This document shows positions 28,959 to 38,752 of a DNA stretch of 64,000 bases, one piece after another. Source of the stretch: Candidatus Sericytochromatia bacterium (GTDB lineage Bacteria > Cyanobacteriota > Sericytochromatia > S15B-MN24 > JAQBPE01); the NCBI GenBank assembly GCA_040400605.1, contig JBBAPZ010000016.1:1-64000 (forward strand), in the 5' to 3' direction. Below the pieces are notes generated by a model that saw only the letters and a list, made by a program, of their open reading frames with translations, did no database searches and was not told where the DNA came from. The stretch's first letter is position 1, and each line of letters opens with the position of its first letter. Position numbers and translations under genes: made by a program.

Positions 28959-30191
28959 ATGAGTCGTTTTGAAGAGACCAACTATTATTTTCGACGGGCC
29001 GCAGCCGTGATGGATTTGGGTGAACGGATTCAGGCACTTTTGCTGAATCCTTACCGTGAAATTATCGTCACCATTCCACTTGAGCTGGATAGCGGCGAAA
29101 TCTCAACGTTTACTGGATACCGGATTCAACACAACAATTCGCGTGGTCCATTCAAAGGCGGCTTGCGCTATCATCCGCAGGTGGATCTGGAAGAATCCAA
29201 GTCCCTGGCGTCTTTGATGACGTGGAAGACGGCCGTCGTCGAAGTCCCTTTCGGTGGTGCAAAAGGCGGCATCACGGTGGATCCAGCGCGACTGAGTCCC
29301 CGGGAGAACGAGCGACTGACGCGCAAGTTCATCCAGCAACTGCACGAAAACATTGGGCCCATGAAAGACATTCCTGCACCCGATGTTAATACAAACGGTC
29401 AGGTGATGGCGCACATCATGAGCGAATACTCCAAGTACTATGGTCATTCACCGGGGGTCGTGACGGGCAAACCCCTGGCACTGCATGGCTCGGAAGGGCG
29501 TGAGGAGGCCACGGGGCGAGGTGTTGTTTATGTGACGGAAGAGGCGTTACGTCTACAAAATAAGGCCGTTTCGGACAGTCGGTTTGTGGTGCAGGGATTC
29601 GGAAACGTGGGTTCGCACACGTGTCGCCTGCTTCACGAACGCGGCGGGCGCGTGATTGCGACCAGCGATGTTTTTGGGGCGATTCACAATCCGGCAGGAC
29701 TGGACATCGCTGCGCTCTTGGCGTGGGTGGCTGCGAATGGCACGGTGAAGGGCTTTCCACACGCGAGCGCCATCGATGCAGGCGAGTTGCTGACCTTGCC
29801 GTGCGATGTGTTGATTCCCGCTGCGTTGGGACATGTGTTGACGCGGGACAATGCGCAAGACGTTCGCGCGTCGATGATTGTGGAGGCAGCAAATGCACCA
29901 ATCACACCAGAAGCGGATGAGATTTTTGAAAAAGCCGGCGTCATAGTCATACCCGACATATTGGCCAACGCCGGCGGGGTTACCGTATCGTATTTTGAAT
30001 GGACACAAAACATTCAACAGTTTACCTGGGGTGTCGATAAAGTGAATGAAGAGTTGCAGCGCATTATGTTGCGCGCGTTTCAGACTGTTTACAGGGTGGC
30101 TCTCGAGAAGAAGCTCAGCATGCGTACGGCAGCGTTTGTTGTGGGAATCGGCCGCGTGGGTAAAGCAACCGTCTTACAGGGTATTTCATGA
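28959..30191 (+). CDS. gdhA: Glutamate dehydrogenase (Glu/Leu/Phe/Val family)
   Basis: GPFKGGLRYHP, PFGGAKGG, DIPAPDV, QGFGNVG, NAGGVTVSYFEW. Confidence 0.93.
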   Translation: MSRFEETNYYFRRAAAVMDLGERIQALLLNPYREIIVTIPLELDSGEISTFTGYRIQHNNSRGPFKGGLRYHPQVDLEESKSLASLMTWKTAVVEVPFGGAKGGITVDPARLSPRENERLTRKFIQQLHENIGPMKDIPAPDVNTNGQVMAHIMSEYSKYYGHSPGVVTGKPLALHGSEGREEATGRGVVYVTEEALRLQNKAVSDSRFVVQGFGNVGSHTCRLLHERGGRVIATSDVFGAIHNPAGLDIAALLAWVAANGTVKGFPHASAIDAGELLTLPCDVLIPAALGHVLTRDNAQDVRASMIVEAANAPITPEADEIFEKAGVIVIPDILANAGGVTVSYFEWTQNIQQFTWGVDKVNEELQRIMLRAFQTVYRVALEKKLSMRTAAFVVGIGRVGKATVLQGIS

Positions 30192-30261
30192 TTAAAGGTG
30201 TTCAATGCTTCCTCAGGCACACGACGCTGTGTGTCGCTTCGTTGTTGAAGGAGGGTTAAAA

Positions 30262-30801
30262 ATGGAGATGACCGTGGCACCTGCAGCATTTTATGAATTG
30301 TCGTTGTTTGGCGGCATGAGTCCGGAGGAAGTGGATGCAATTGGTCGCTTGGCGACATTGATGCGTGTTCCTGCTGGTTCTCCGTTGTTTCTGGAGGGTG
30401 AGCAGGCGGCTTTTCTGGATATCATTTGGAGTGGCCAAGTTGAAATTGGAAAGTTGGATCGTGACGGCAACCCGCAGCTCATTGCACACATCCATGCGCC
30501 AGGCGTCGTTGGTGAAATGAGTGTGTTGAGTCACGGCAGTCGGAGTTGTACAGGGATCGCGGTCACCGAACTCGAAGTTTACCGCATCGCGCGGGAAGAC
30601 TTTACATCACTGTTGGAGGCCGGGCATCTGGCAGCATACAAGGTGGGTTTAAACCTGGGACGCGTGATGAGTGCTCGCCTGCGTGCGATCGATGAAAAAG
30701 TGGTCAGTTTATTAACGACAAGCAAAGAAGTGGAAGCGGTCGAAACGCCGAGCGAGTTTGCAGCATTTCGCACAAAGCTATTCTCGGAATGGGTGTTCTG
30801 A
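30262..30801 (+). CDS. Cyclic nucleotide-binding domain protein without HTH
   Basis: LF..LS-like N-terminus, LFLEGE, GEMS...RSCT phosphate-binding cassette; AAGGAGG RBS. Confidence 0.85.
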   Translation: MEMTVAPAAFYELSLFGGMSPEEVDAIGRLATLMRVPAGSPLFLEGEQAAFLDIIWSGQVEIGKLDRDGNPQLIAHIHAPGVVGEMSVLSHGSRSCTGIAVTELEVYRIAREDFTSLLEAGHLAAYKVGLNLGRVMSARLRAIDEKVVSLLTTSKEVEAVETPSEFAAFRTKLFSEWVF

Positions 30802-30829
30802 AATCGTTTCGCGTGAGTAGGTGACAGGG

Positions 30830-31159
30830 TCAACTTCGGCGGATGGCTTCTTCGGGGATCCGCAACTGCTCGACGACGGAGCCATCTTCTGCCGCGTCGA
30901 TGATTGCATCAACATCGTCACAGGTGACTTTGCCGTACCAGATCCCTTGGGGATAGATCACGACAACGGGGCCCCACGCACAGGTGTCCACACACGTACA
31001 GCCATCGAACTCAAGGCGAAGACGCAGTCCCCTTTCCATCACTCGACGCTTGAATGCCTCCAGTACAGCCGCGCTGCCCCGCGCTAGACAGCTACCGCGA
31101 GGATTTTCCGGGGCACGCGAGTTCTGACAGACAAACAGGTGAACAGTTGGTTTAGGCAC
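30830..31159 (-). CDS. Thioredoxin-like [2Fe-2S] ferredoxin
   Basis: HLFVC...SC...CVDTCAWGPVVVIYPQGIWY; GTG start at 31159. Confidence 0.88.
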   Translation of the reverse strand: MPKPTVHLFVCQNSRAPENPRGSCLARGSAAVLEAFKRRVMERGLRLRLEFDGCTCVDTCAWGPVVVIYPQGIWYGKVTCDDVDAIIDAAEDGSVVEQLRIPEEAIRRS

Positions 31160-31170
31160 AATGCAATCCT

Positions 31171-31428
31171 CTAGCCGTAGTGGGGCAATGCTTCCGTATC
31201 TTGCGTCAGGCATTGTCGCACGCGGTCAACGTGACTGGTGTAAAGGCGTTTTTCCGCTTGATCGAAGACCAGATGGACCTGGTTTGCCAGTTCGACCGTG
31301 CCACGGTAAACGATTTGCTGTCCTGGTTCGAGTGTGAGTGTTTGAGCACTTGGTCCGAGTGACAGATTGAAAACGGTGGGTTCAAGCACCCGGTGGATCC
31401 GATCGACTTGAAAGTGAAATGCCCCCAA
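31171..31428 (-). CDS. Small hypothetical protein
   Basis: 85 aa, AAAGGAGG RBS before TTG; lies between dapF and the ferredoxin. Confidence 0.6.
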   Translation of the reverse strand: MGAFHFQVDRIHRVLEPTVFNLSLGPSAQTLTLEPGQQIVYRGTVELANQVHLVFDQAEKRLYTSHVDRVRQCLTQDTEALPHYG

Positions 31429-31461
31429 GGGAATCCTCCTTTGTTTGCGTATCTGCCCCTA

Positions 31462-32313
31462 TCAGTTTAGCAGTTGGAATCGACCTTTAAACACAAACCG
31501 GGCATTTCCGGTCAAATACACGTGGTGATTGTCCTGCCAGGTCACCAGCAAAGTGCCACCGGGCAGCGTGACAGTCACCGTTCGTTTCAGGCACTCATTC
31601 AGTACGCCGGCAACGACGATGGCGCAGGCTCCCGTCCCGCACGCCATGGTTTCGCCGACGCCCCGTTCCCATACACGGGCCCGAACCGCGTGTGGGCTCA
31701 CACGTTGGACGAACTCGACATTGGCGCGATCCGGGAACATAGGGTGACAGGACAACAAGGGTCCCCATTGGTCAACAGGGGTGCTGTCCAGAGCGTCGAC
31801 CCAGACAACGGCGTGAGGATTGCCCATCGATAAAGCCGTGATCGCCCACGTCTGATCGCCAATCACCAGCGGATATTCGGCAATCCGCGTATCAAGTGGT
31901 CCAATCGCCGGAATATCCTGACAGGCCAGTTTTGGTTGCCCCATATCCAAGGTGATGTCACCACCGTTGGTCAAAACGGCGTGACGCAGGCCATCGCGGG
32001 TCATGATGGGCCCTTGCTCATTGGGTTGCCAGGGCCAACGTTGCTGATCCACCAGATAGCGCACCACACAGCGCAAGCCATTGCCACACATCCCGGCCTC
32101 ACTGCCGTCTGCATTGATTACCGTCATGCGAAACAGGTCTTGCGTGTCCTGACTCACCAACAAGACCCCATCAGCCCCGATGCCGCCACGCCGATCACAG
32201 ATTCGAGACGCCAGTGACGCCCAGTCAAGCCCTGAGACGTCCTCAGCATCAATTACAATAAAATCGTTGCGGGTGCCTTCGTATTTGTAAAAAAGCAATT
32301 CCCCATCATTCAT
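31462..32313 (-). CDS. dapF: Diaminopimelate epimerase
   Basis: GIGADG, NADGSEAGMCGNG, MGNPH, ERGVGETMACGTG. Confidence 0.96.
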   Translation of the reverse strand: MNDGELLFYKYEGTRNDFIVIDAEDVSGLDWASLASRICDRRGGIGADGVLLVSQDTQDLFRMTVINADGSEAGMCGNGLRCVVRYLVDQQRWPWQPNEQGPIMTRDGLRHAVLTNGGDITLDMGQPKLACQDIPAIGPLDTRIAEYPLVIGDQTWAITALSMGNPHAVVWVDALDSTPVDQWGPLLSCHPMFPDRANVEFVQRVSPHAVRARVWERGVGETMACGTGACAIVVAGVLNECLKRTVTVTLPGGTLLVTWQDNHHVYLTGNARFVFKGRFQLLN

Positions 32314-32380
32314 CAATCCTACCCTCCAATAGGCCGTCATCTGATATGTCAAAATTAACTGGGGTGCATCAAATGAAACC

Positions 32381-33394
32381 CTACGAACCGATAACCCAAC
32401 GTTGAATGAGTTGCCCAGCCTTTAACGCGATTGAGTCAATGGGTTCCGCTGGATCCCTTGACAGCCAGTGGACCCGGGAATCCGCTCGAAACCAGGTCAA
32501 CTGACGCTTGGCATACTGCCTGGTGTGCTGCGCCATCAAGGCGATCGCCTCGTCGCGGGAACACTGACCCTGCAAAAATCGGGCGATTTCGGCGTAACCC
32601 AAGGTGGCTAAAAGCGGATGATCCCACCCCCAACGCTCGCCTATCCGTGCGACTTCGGCTTCGAAGCCGGCATCGAGCATGCGCTCCACCCGGGCATCGA
32701 TCGCCTCAAACAAGCGTGGCCGAGACACACCCACCCCGATCATCAGCAAGCGATACGGACACGCTTCCGTGCGTTGCAGTTCGCTGATGGGCGTCTTTGT
32801 CAGATGATAAACCTCTAGCGCGCGAATCAAACGGACCCGGTCATTGGGATGCAAACGCGCCGCAGTGACAGGGTCAACCTGACTCAATTGCTCATGCAGG
32901 TTTTCCAGCTTGGCCAACGATGCCCGCAACGCACTGTTTGGTTCTCCAACCGGGAGACTCAATCCATCCAACACCGCACGGACATAAAGCCCGGTGCCGC
33001 CGACCAAAAACGGCAGGTATCCCTGTGAACGTCGATGCGCAATGGCTTCCTTGGCGAGGCTTTGAAAGCGTTTGACACTAAAGGTTTCATCAGGGCTGAC
33101 CACATCGATCAGATCGTGCGGCACCGCTTTTTGCTCACAAGGGGTGGGTTTCGCTGTCCCGATGTCAAAACCCTGATACACTTGCCGCGAATCCGCGGAG
33201 ATAATGGCACCACGTTGGTGCTCGGCCAAATGCAAGGCCAGTGCCGACTTTCCGCTGGCGGTCGGCCCCACAATCACGACCAGGGGAATGCCGGTTGGAT
33301 CACCCAACACCAGTTCGGATGGCGGACCAGGATATTCATCACGAAACGCAGCGCACACACATGCACAATAATGCCCGCGCCCAAGACCGGTCAA
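32381..33394 (-). CDS. miaA: tRNA dimethylallyltransferase
   Basis: GPTASGKS, ADSRQVY, DIGTAKP, VGGTGLY, YAKRQLTWF; true start probably downstream of 33394. Confidence 0.95.
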   Translation of the reverse strand: MTGLGRGHYCACVCAAFRDEYPGPPSELVLGDPTGIPLVVIVGPTASGKSALALHLAEHQRGAIISADSRQVYQGFDIGTAKPTPCEQKAVPHDLIDVVSPDETFSVKRFQSLAKEAIAHRRSQGYLPFLVGGTGLYVRAVLDGLSLPVGEPNSALRASLAKLENLHEQLSQVDPVTAARLHPNDRVRLIRALEVYHLTKTPISELQRTEACPYRLLMIGVGVSRPRLFEAIDARVERMLDAGFEAEVARIGERWGWDHPLLATLGYAEIARFLQGQCSRDEAIALMAQHTRQYAKRQLTWFRADSRVHWLSRDPAEPIDSIALKAGQLIQRWVIGS

Positions 33395-33511
33395 GTCATC
33401 ATCGCATGAGGGGCCATGGTTGGGTCCGGGTTCAAGTAGGGGTGATCGCCGTTGGCGCCATGTCGTTCACTGCGGAAAGTGGGTAAGATAGTGCAGGAGG
33501 ATGCCCAGGCA

Positions 33512-34642
33512 ATGCCAGAATTTCAAATGGGTGCAATGCACAAAGTGCAAAACATCGTGCAGTTGAAACGTTTAATGTTGCCTGTGCCTACCTTGGCCGC
33601 CACTGACAGCGTGAGTCGGGCGTTGCACGTGATGGCCCGTTCGCAGGCATCCGTGTTGCCGGTTGTTACCGGCACATCACTGGTTGGCGTGGTGGCTGAA
33701 GTGGATTTGTTGGTGTGGATGATTCGGCAACGGGGTTCGCTGGGGTTTCTCGACCCTGACAAGGCCCACGATGCGATGGTGATACAGGTCATGACCTCAT
33801 CAGTTGCAGTGGGCTACGCGGAAGAAACACTCGACACGGTTTTGCCCCTGTTTGAAGAACGTCGGCTCAAAGCGATTCCTGTGCTGGACACGCTGGATCG
33901 TTATCAGGGCATGTTGACCCGTCAAAGCGTGCTCGATGCTGTGACGCATCAGGCAAAGCCACCGCACATCGCGGGCCTGGCAACCTTTTGGGGCATACGT
34001 TTAAGCAATGGTGTCACACACACCGGTGTGCCGGATCGTTTGTTGGTGGCACACGGTGCCTTCTTAGCGTGGATTTTGCTCTCGGCACATGCTCTGGCAC
34101 ACGTGGTGCTGCCGAAAGTTGGCCCGTGGTATCTGGCTTTTTTTCCGGCTGCTGTCTGTATCGTGGCGCTTCTAGGGGTGATGCGTTTCAGTTCGTGGTC
34201 AGGCTATCACGCGGCGGAACATCAAGTGATGACGGCCATTGAGCGCACGGAAACGCTGACACCTGAAACGGTACGGGTGATGCCACGCATTCACGCGGAT
34301 TGTGAGGCACGGGTGAGCATTCTGGCCGGTTTATTGACACTGCTGTTGTCCTTTTCGAAACTTGACGCCCGCGTCGCGATTGCACTGCTCACGGTGGCCT
34401 GGTTGGGACAACACCGCATGGCCTTGTGGCTCCAACGCCATATCGCGACCCGTCCAGCCAGTTGGAAACAGATCGTCCATAGCGTTGCGGTCGCCACCCA
34501 GTTGTTGCGAGAGCCGATGCTGTGGCCCGATGTGCCGATCGGCTGGTGGCAGCGTCTGTGGCACCAAGGCGTGCTCAGCATGGCATCCGGCGGGGCAATC
34601 GCCTGGATTGTGTGGACGACTGTGGGACTTTCCCGACATTAA
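33512..34642 (+). CDS. CBS pair fused to DUF1385-like membrane domain
   Basis: Two CBS repeats, then TM helices with YHAAEH and RIHADC (DUF1385 has YHGAEH and RxHxRC). Confidence 0.72.
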   Translation: MPEFQMGAMHKVQNIVQLKRLMLPVPTLAATDSVSRALHVMARSQASVLPVVTGTSLVGVVAEVDLLVWMIRQRGSLGFLDPDKAHDAMVIQVMTSSVAVGYAEETLDTVLPLFEERRLKAIPVLDTLDRYQGMLTRQSVLDAVTHQAKPPHIAGLATFWGIRLSNGVTHTGVPDRLLVAHGAFLAWILLSAHALAHVVLPKVGPWYLAFFPAAVCIVALLGVMRFSSWSGYHAAEHQVMTAIERTETLTPETVRVMPRIHADCEARVSILAGLLTLLLSFSKLDARVAIALLTVAWLGQHRMALWLQRHIATRPASWKQIVHSVAVATQLLREPMLWPDVPIGWWQRLWHQGVLSMASGGAIAWIVWTTVGLSRH

Positions 34643-34788
34643 CATAAAATTGTGCCGCGTCCGGCCGTGATATGGGTTATGATTGAATCCAACGTTTTTG
34701 TCGATTGGTGCTGCTCGTGCGCGCATGGTACCTGCTCCTGACGTTCTGGCACCTGCATCGCACCTTTTCGCTGGGGAGACCGCTGTTC

Positions 34789-35880
34789 GTGAGTGCAAGC
34801 CTGTCTGGAATTTTAATGACCTTCCTCGTGTTGGGTGTTTTGATCACCATTCACGAGCTTGGACACTTTCTGGCCGCCAAATCCATCAAGGTACCCGTGC
34901 GACAGTTTGCCATCGGGTTTGGGCCGCGCCTGTTAGGATTTCAGTGGGGCGAGACCGAATGCCGCCTCAATGTGTTACCACTTGGCGGCTACTGTGCGTT
35001 CGCAGACGACATGGACGGGGAACAGCAAGTTCCCCCGGAACAATTGCTTCGCTCACGTCCGATTTGGCAACGCACCTGGGTCATTTCTGCAGGCGTGTTA
35101 TTCAATTTTGTCTCGGCGTGGTTCCTCTTGTTTGGTAGCAATGTAGGCCTGGGTATTCCCACCAACAACCAGGTCGTCTCCATCCGGCGTGTCCTGCCTG
35201 ATACACCTGCGCAACAGTCCGGCTTGCAGGCGGGCGATCGCCTGCTGCAACTGGCGGGTGAATCCATTCAAGATTTTGGCGCATTCAGGGAACGTTTGGC
35301 GCAATTTAAAAACAAGCCAGTCGTCATCACCATCGACCGCGCAGGACAAACCCGTGACCTCACAGCGACCCCCACTGACAAAGGGACACTCGGTTTTTCT
35401 CCGAGTATCCGTCCCGAACGGGTCCCCGCGACCGGCCTGGGCGCGATTTTTGCTGCGACGAATGAACAGCAGCACCGCTATACGACGATGCTCGCCAATG
35501 CCTTGTATCAACTCTTTACCCAGCCCTCTGGCATGATGGACAAAACGGGAGGCCCCGTTGCCATTGTCGCGATGGGCGATCAGGTTTATCAGGATGACCC
35601 CTGGTTACTGCTGGAGTTCGCGGTCATTTTGTCAATCGAGCTTGCCTTGATTAACCTGTTACCGCTCCCGGCGTTGGACGGCGGACATCTGGTCATGCTT
35701 GCGCTTGAGAAAGTGCGCGGCAAACCGCTCCCACGGGCGGTCGAAGAGCGCATTCTGGTTACGGGCTTTACACTCTTGCTTGGGCTTGGCGTGATGCTGA
35801 TCATCAAAGACCTTTTCACCGTTCCAGAGATGTACCGCCAGTCTGCACCCCCTGTCTCACCATCAACCCCAAAACCTTAA
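34789..35880 (+). CDS. rseP: RIP metalloprotease RseP (M50, PDZ)
   Basis: HELGH, IGFGP, PLGGY, PDZ domain, NLLPLPALDGG. Confidence 0.95.
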   Translation: MSASLSGILMTFLVLGVLITIHELGHFLAAKSIKVPVRQFAIGFGPRLLGFQWGETECRLNVLPLGGYCAFADDMDGEQQVPPEQLLRSRPIWQRTWVISAGVLFNFVSAWFLLFGSNVGLGIPTNNQVVSIRRVLPDTPAQQSGLQAGDRLLQLAGESIQDFGAFRERLAQFKNKPVVITIDRAGQTRDLTATPTDKGTLGFSPSIRPERVPATGLGAIFAATNEQQHRYTTMLANALYQLFTQPSGMMDKTGGPVAIVAMGDQVYQDDPWLLLEFAVILSIELALINLLPLPALDGGHLVMLALEKVRGKPLPRAVEERILVTGFTLLLGLGVMLIIKDLFTVPEMYRQSAPPVSPSTPKP

Positions 35881-35925
35881 TCGGTTCAACAGGCGCCATT
35901 CGTCGAGAGACGACGACCGAGCATC

Positions 35926-35965
35926 AAAAAAAAGACCCATCGACTTTCACGCCTCAGTCGATGGG
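35926..35965 (-). terminator. Rho-independent terminator after the SLH gene
   Basis: 10-bp stem CCCATCGACT/AGTCGATGGG with an A-run on the + strand (T-run on -). Confidence 0.75.
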
Positions 35966-36055
35966 GTTGTTTGATAGGGGGCCGTTGCGATGCACCTTAA
36001 GCGCGCGCGTGCGCAGACGACTGACGCAACGGGCCCACCCAGGTCACGCGCGCGT

Positions 36056-37327
36056 TTACCACGCCTTGAGCTGCGCTCCCACACCAATATACGGGAAAGG
36101 CATCGCCGGGGCATTCGCATTGAGGTTAAAAGGAAGGCTACGAACCCCGCCTTCGAGTTGCAGACCGACTTTCGTGCTGGGGTGCCACTCAAGCCCCACA
36201 CCCAATTGAGCAAGCTGTGCCGTCGAACCCGTCATGCCTGCTGGCCACAACGTGCTGCCCTTAAAATTGCCAAACGCACCCCACCATTGGGCCGGGCGAT
36301 GATACAAGACCAGACCATAGGAAACACCACCTAAAATTTGGCTGCCATCACCAACACCACGGGCGCCAACGAACGGCTGTAAATAACTGCTTGCACCGAG
36401 GGGCCAGGCGTAGCCGATATCAAGTCCAGCGGTGTGCAACGGCCGATCGTTCGCCGGCAAATTGAATTGCCCCTCTGCCACAAAAAAGACGTTGTCGCGA
36501 TAAGCGACGCCACGAACGCCACCAAAAGGCAACTGATTCGAACCAAGACGCAGCCCACCTTCAACAAACAACGGCTTCTCTTCCCCGTAGCGCCACGCGC
36601 GGGCCTTGGCGGATTCCGTCTCGTTCGAAGCTTGCGTGCGACGCACGAGTTCCTGTACCAACGGGAAAGTCTGCGCCGCACTGGCAGCAAACTCAAAGCG
36701 CGTCAGCCTCTCGTTGCCTCGAAAACTGCCATCCGGAAAACCAACCATCACTTGGTAACGCTCGGCCACGTTTTTAATCGCGTATTCGACCCGGGCCGAT
36801 TCTGCCACATCAGTGAAGACAAAGGTGCGCGGCGAGACAAGGCTCGGATTGACCACACCTTTTTCTTCGCCCAAACGCAAAAGTCGATCCACCACGCGCG
36901 CCATCTCATAACGGGTGATTTGCTTGTCACCCTCAAAGGTTTTAGACGTTAAACCGGGCACGCCCTCAAACAGACGATACTGATTGGCCAACTTCATGAC
37001 CACCGGGTGCAACGGGTCTCCAGCGCGCAAATCCGTGAATTCATAACCACCCAAACCCTCTGTCGCCCAAGACGTTTTAGTCTGCTTCTCGAGTAGCTCG
37101 ATCAACTCCGCAAGGGCCACCGACAATTGAGCGCGCGTGAAAGGGTCCTCGCCGTGAAACAATCCATCCGCATACGGTTTCATAAAGTCCCGTTTGATGG
37201 CGACCGCCTCGACCGCCTGATACGCCCAATGCCCCACTGGAACATCCCGGAATGCATCAGCCGCCCACGCGGGGGACGCCATTGAGAGAATCGCGCTCAG
37301 CGAGAAGGCAAGACTGCATTTCATCAT
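36056..37327 (-). CDS. SLH-domain outer-membrane protein (three SLH repeats plus C-terminal beta-barrel)
   Basis: Signal peptide ending AWA; FRDVPVGHWAY...TRAQ, ITRYE, LTRFE; amphipathic strands ending in terminal Trp. Confidence 0.82.
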   Translation of the reverse strand: MMKCSLAFSLSAILSMASPAWAADAFRDVPVGHWAYQAVEAVAIKRDFMKPYADGLFHGEDPFTRAQLSVALAELIELLEKQTKTSWATEGLGGYEFTDLRAGDPLHPVVMKLANQYRLFEGVPGLTSKTFEGDKQITRYEMARVVDRLLRLGEEKGVVNPSLVSPRTFVFTDVAESARVEYAIKNVAERYQVMVGFPDGSFRGNERLTRFEFAASAAQTFPLVQELVRRTQASNETESAKARAWRYGEEKPLFVEGGLRLGSNQLPFGGVRGVAYRDNVFFVAEGQFNLPANDRPLHTAGLDIGYAWPLGASSYLQPFVGARGVGDGSQILGGVSYGLVLYHRPAQWWGAFGNFKGSTLWPAGMTGSTAQLAQLGVGLEWHPSTKVGLQLEGGVRSLPFNLNANAPAMPFPYIGVGAQLKAW

Positions 37328-37426
37328 ATTGAATCCTTGCTCCTTCGGTTTTTGTTGACGGCATCCAAGCCGTTCGGATACCCCCGTATATTTTAACCCA
37401 TGCCATGGCATAATTGAGGGCTATAC

Positions 37427-38752
37427 ATGACCTGGGGGATGATGATGAACGAGACAACGCTCACTTCGCGCTCGGAATTGTTGTGGCGTGACGCCACTCA
37501 GTTGATTCCTGGCGGCGTTAACAGTCCGGTGCGCGCTTTTCGCGCCGTGGGTGGCACACCTGTTTTTTTTGAGCGGGCCACGGGGCCCTACCTATTTGAT
37601 GTGGATGGCAGGCGTTACGTGGATTACATCGGAGCCTGGGGGCCGATGATTTTAGGCCACGCCAATCCGGCCGTGCGAGAGGCCTTGCACCGCGCGGTGG
37701 ACGGCGGGACGGTTTTCGGCGCGCCAACGTCGGCAGAGGTTGACTTGGCACGCTTGATCCACGAGATCATGCCGGGCCTGGAACAGGTTCGATTGGTCAA
37801 TTCAGGAACGGAAGCCACCATGAGCGCGTTGCGTTTGGCTCGGGCCCATACGGGGCGTGATCGCATCATCAAATTCAGTGGGTGTTATCACGGGCACGCC
37901 GATCTCTTGCTGGTTCAGGCAGGTTCCGGCGTGGCAACCTTGGGATTGCCCGACAGCCCAGGTGTACCCGCCGGTGTCACCGCCAATACCTTGGGTGCAA
38001 CGTTCAACAATCCGGACAGTGTTCGACAAATGTTCGACCAGTACGGCACAAGCATCGCAGCGGTAATTGTCGAACCGGTGGTCGGCAACTCAGGCACCAT
38101 CGCGCCCGCTGACGGCTTTTTGCAGTTTTTGCGCGACATCACCCGCGCCCACGGCGCCTTACTTGTTTTCGACGAGGTCATGACCGGGTTTCGGGTTGCA
38201 CTCGGGGGCGCACAGGCACGCTATGGCGTCACGCCTGATATCACGTGTCTCGGTAAAATCGTCGGGGGCGGTGTCCCGGTGGGTGCTTACGGTGGCGCAG
38301 CCACCATTATGCAACAGGTTGCACCAGCAGGCCCGATGTACCAAGCCGGTACCTTAAGTGGCAACTGCCTCGCAACCGCAGCAGGTATCGCCACGTTGCA
38401 AGCACTCCGTCAACCCGGTTTTTATGAACATCTGGAAGCCCTCGGTGCACGATTAGAAGCCGGTTTACTCAAAGCCGCACGCGTGGCGGGCGTGACGGTG
38501 TGCATCAACCGCGTTGGTAGCATGTTGACGGTCTTTTTTACCGATGGCCCGGTGACGGATTGGCCAAGTGCCGATCGCTCAAACCGGACAGCGTTTGGAC
38601 AGTTTTTTCATGGCATGCTGTCACGCGGCTTCTACTTGCCGCCCGCCCAGTTTGAAGCGTGGTTCATCTCGGCCTCCCATACAGCGGCCGACATCGATGC
38701 GACCTGTGAAGCGGCCGCCGACGCATTCGCCGAGTTAAAGCGGTCCACATGA
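37427..38752 (+). CDS. hemL: Glutamate-1-semialdehyde 2,1-aminomutase
   Basis: PGGVNSPVRAF, NSGTEATM, FDEVMTGFR, YQAGTLSGN. Confidence 0.96.
   Translation: MTWGMMMNETTLTSRSELLWRDATQLIPGGVNSPVRAFRAVGGTPVFFERATGPYLFDVDGRRYVDYIGAWGPMILGHANPAVREALHRAVDGGTVFGAPTSAEVDLARLIHEIMPGLEQVRLVNSGTEATMSALRLARAHTGRDRIIKFSGCYHGHADLLLVQAGSGVATLGLPDSPGVPAGVTANTLGATFNNPDSVRQMFDQYGTSIAAVIVEPVVGNSGTIAPADGFLQFLRDITRAHGALLVFDEVMTGFRVALGGAQARYGVTPDITCLGKIVGGGVPVGAYGGAATIMQQVAPAGPMYQAGTLSGNCLATAAGIATLQALRQPGFYEHLEALGARLEAGLLKAARVAGVTVCINRVGSMLTVFFTDGPVTDWPSADRSNRTAFGQFFHGMLSRGFYLPPAQFEAWFISASHTAADIDATCEAAADAFAELKRST

Noticed and set aside
34637..34664. dif-like site (TTATGTTAA on the minus strand)
   Set aside because: Only the XerD arm resembles dif; the partner arm is GC-rich and lacks ATAA
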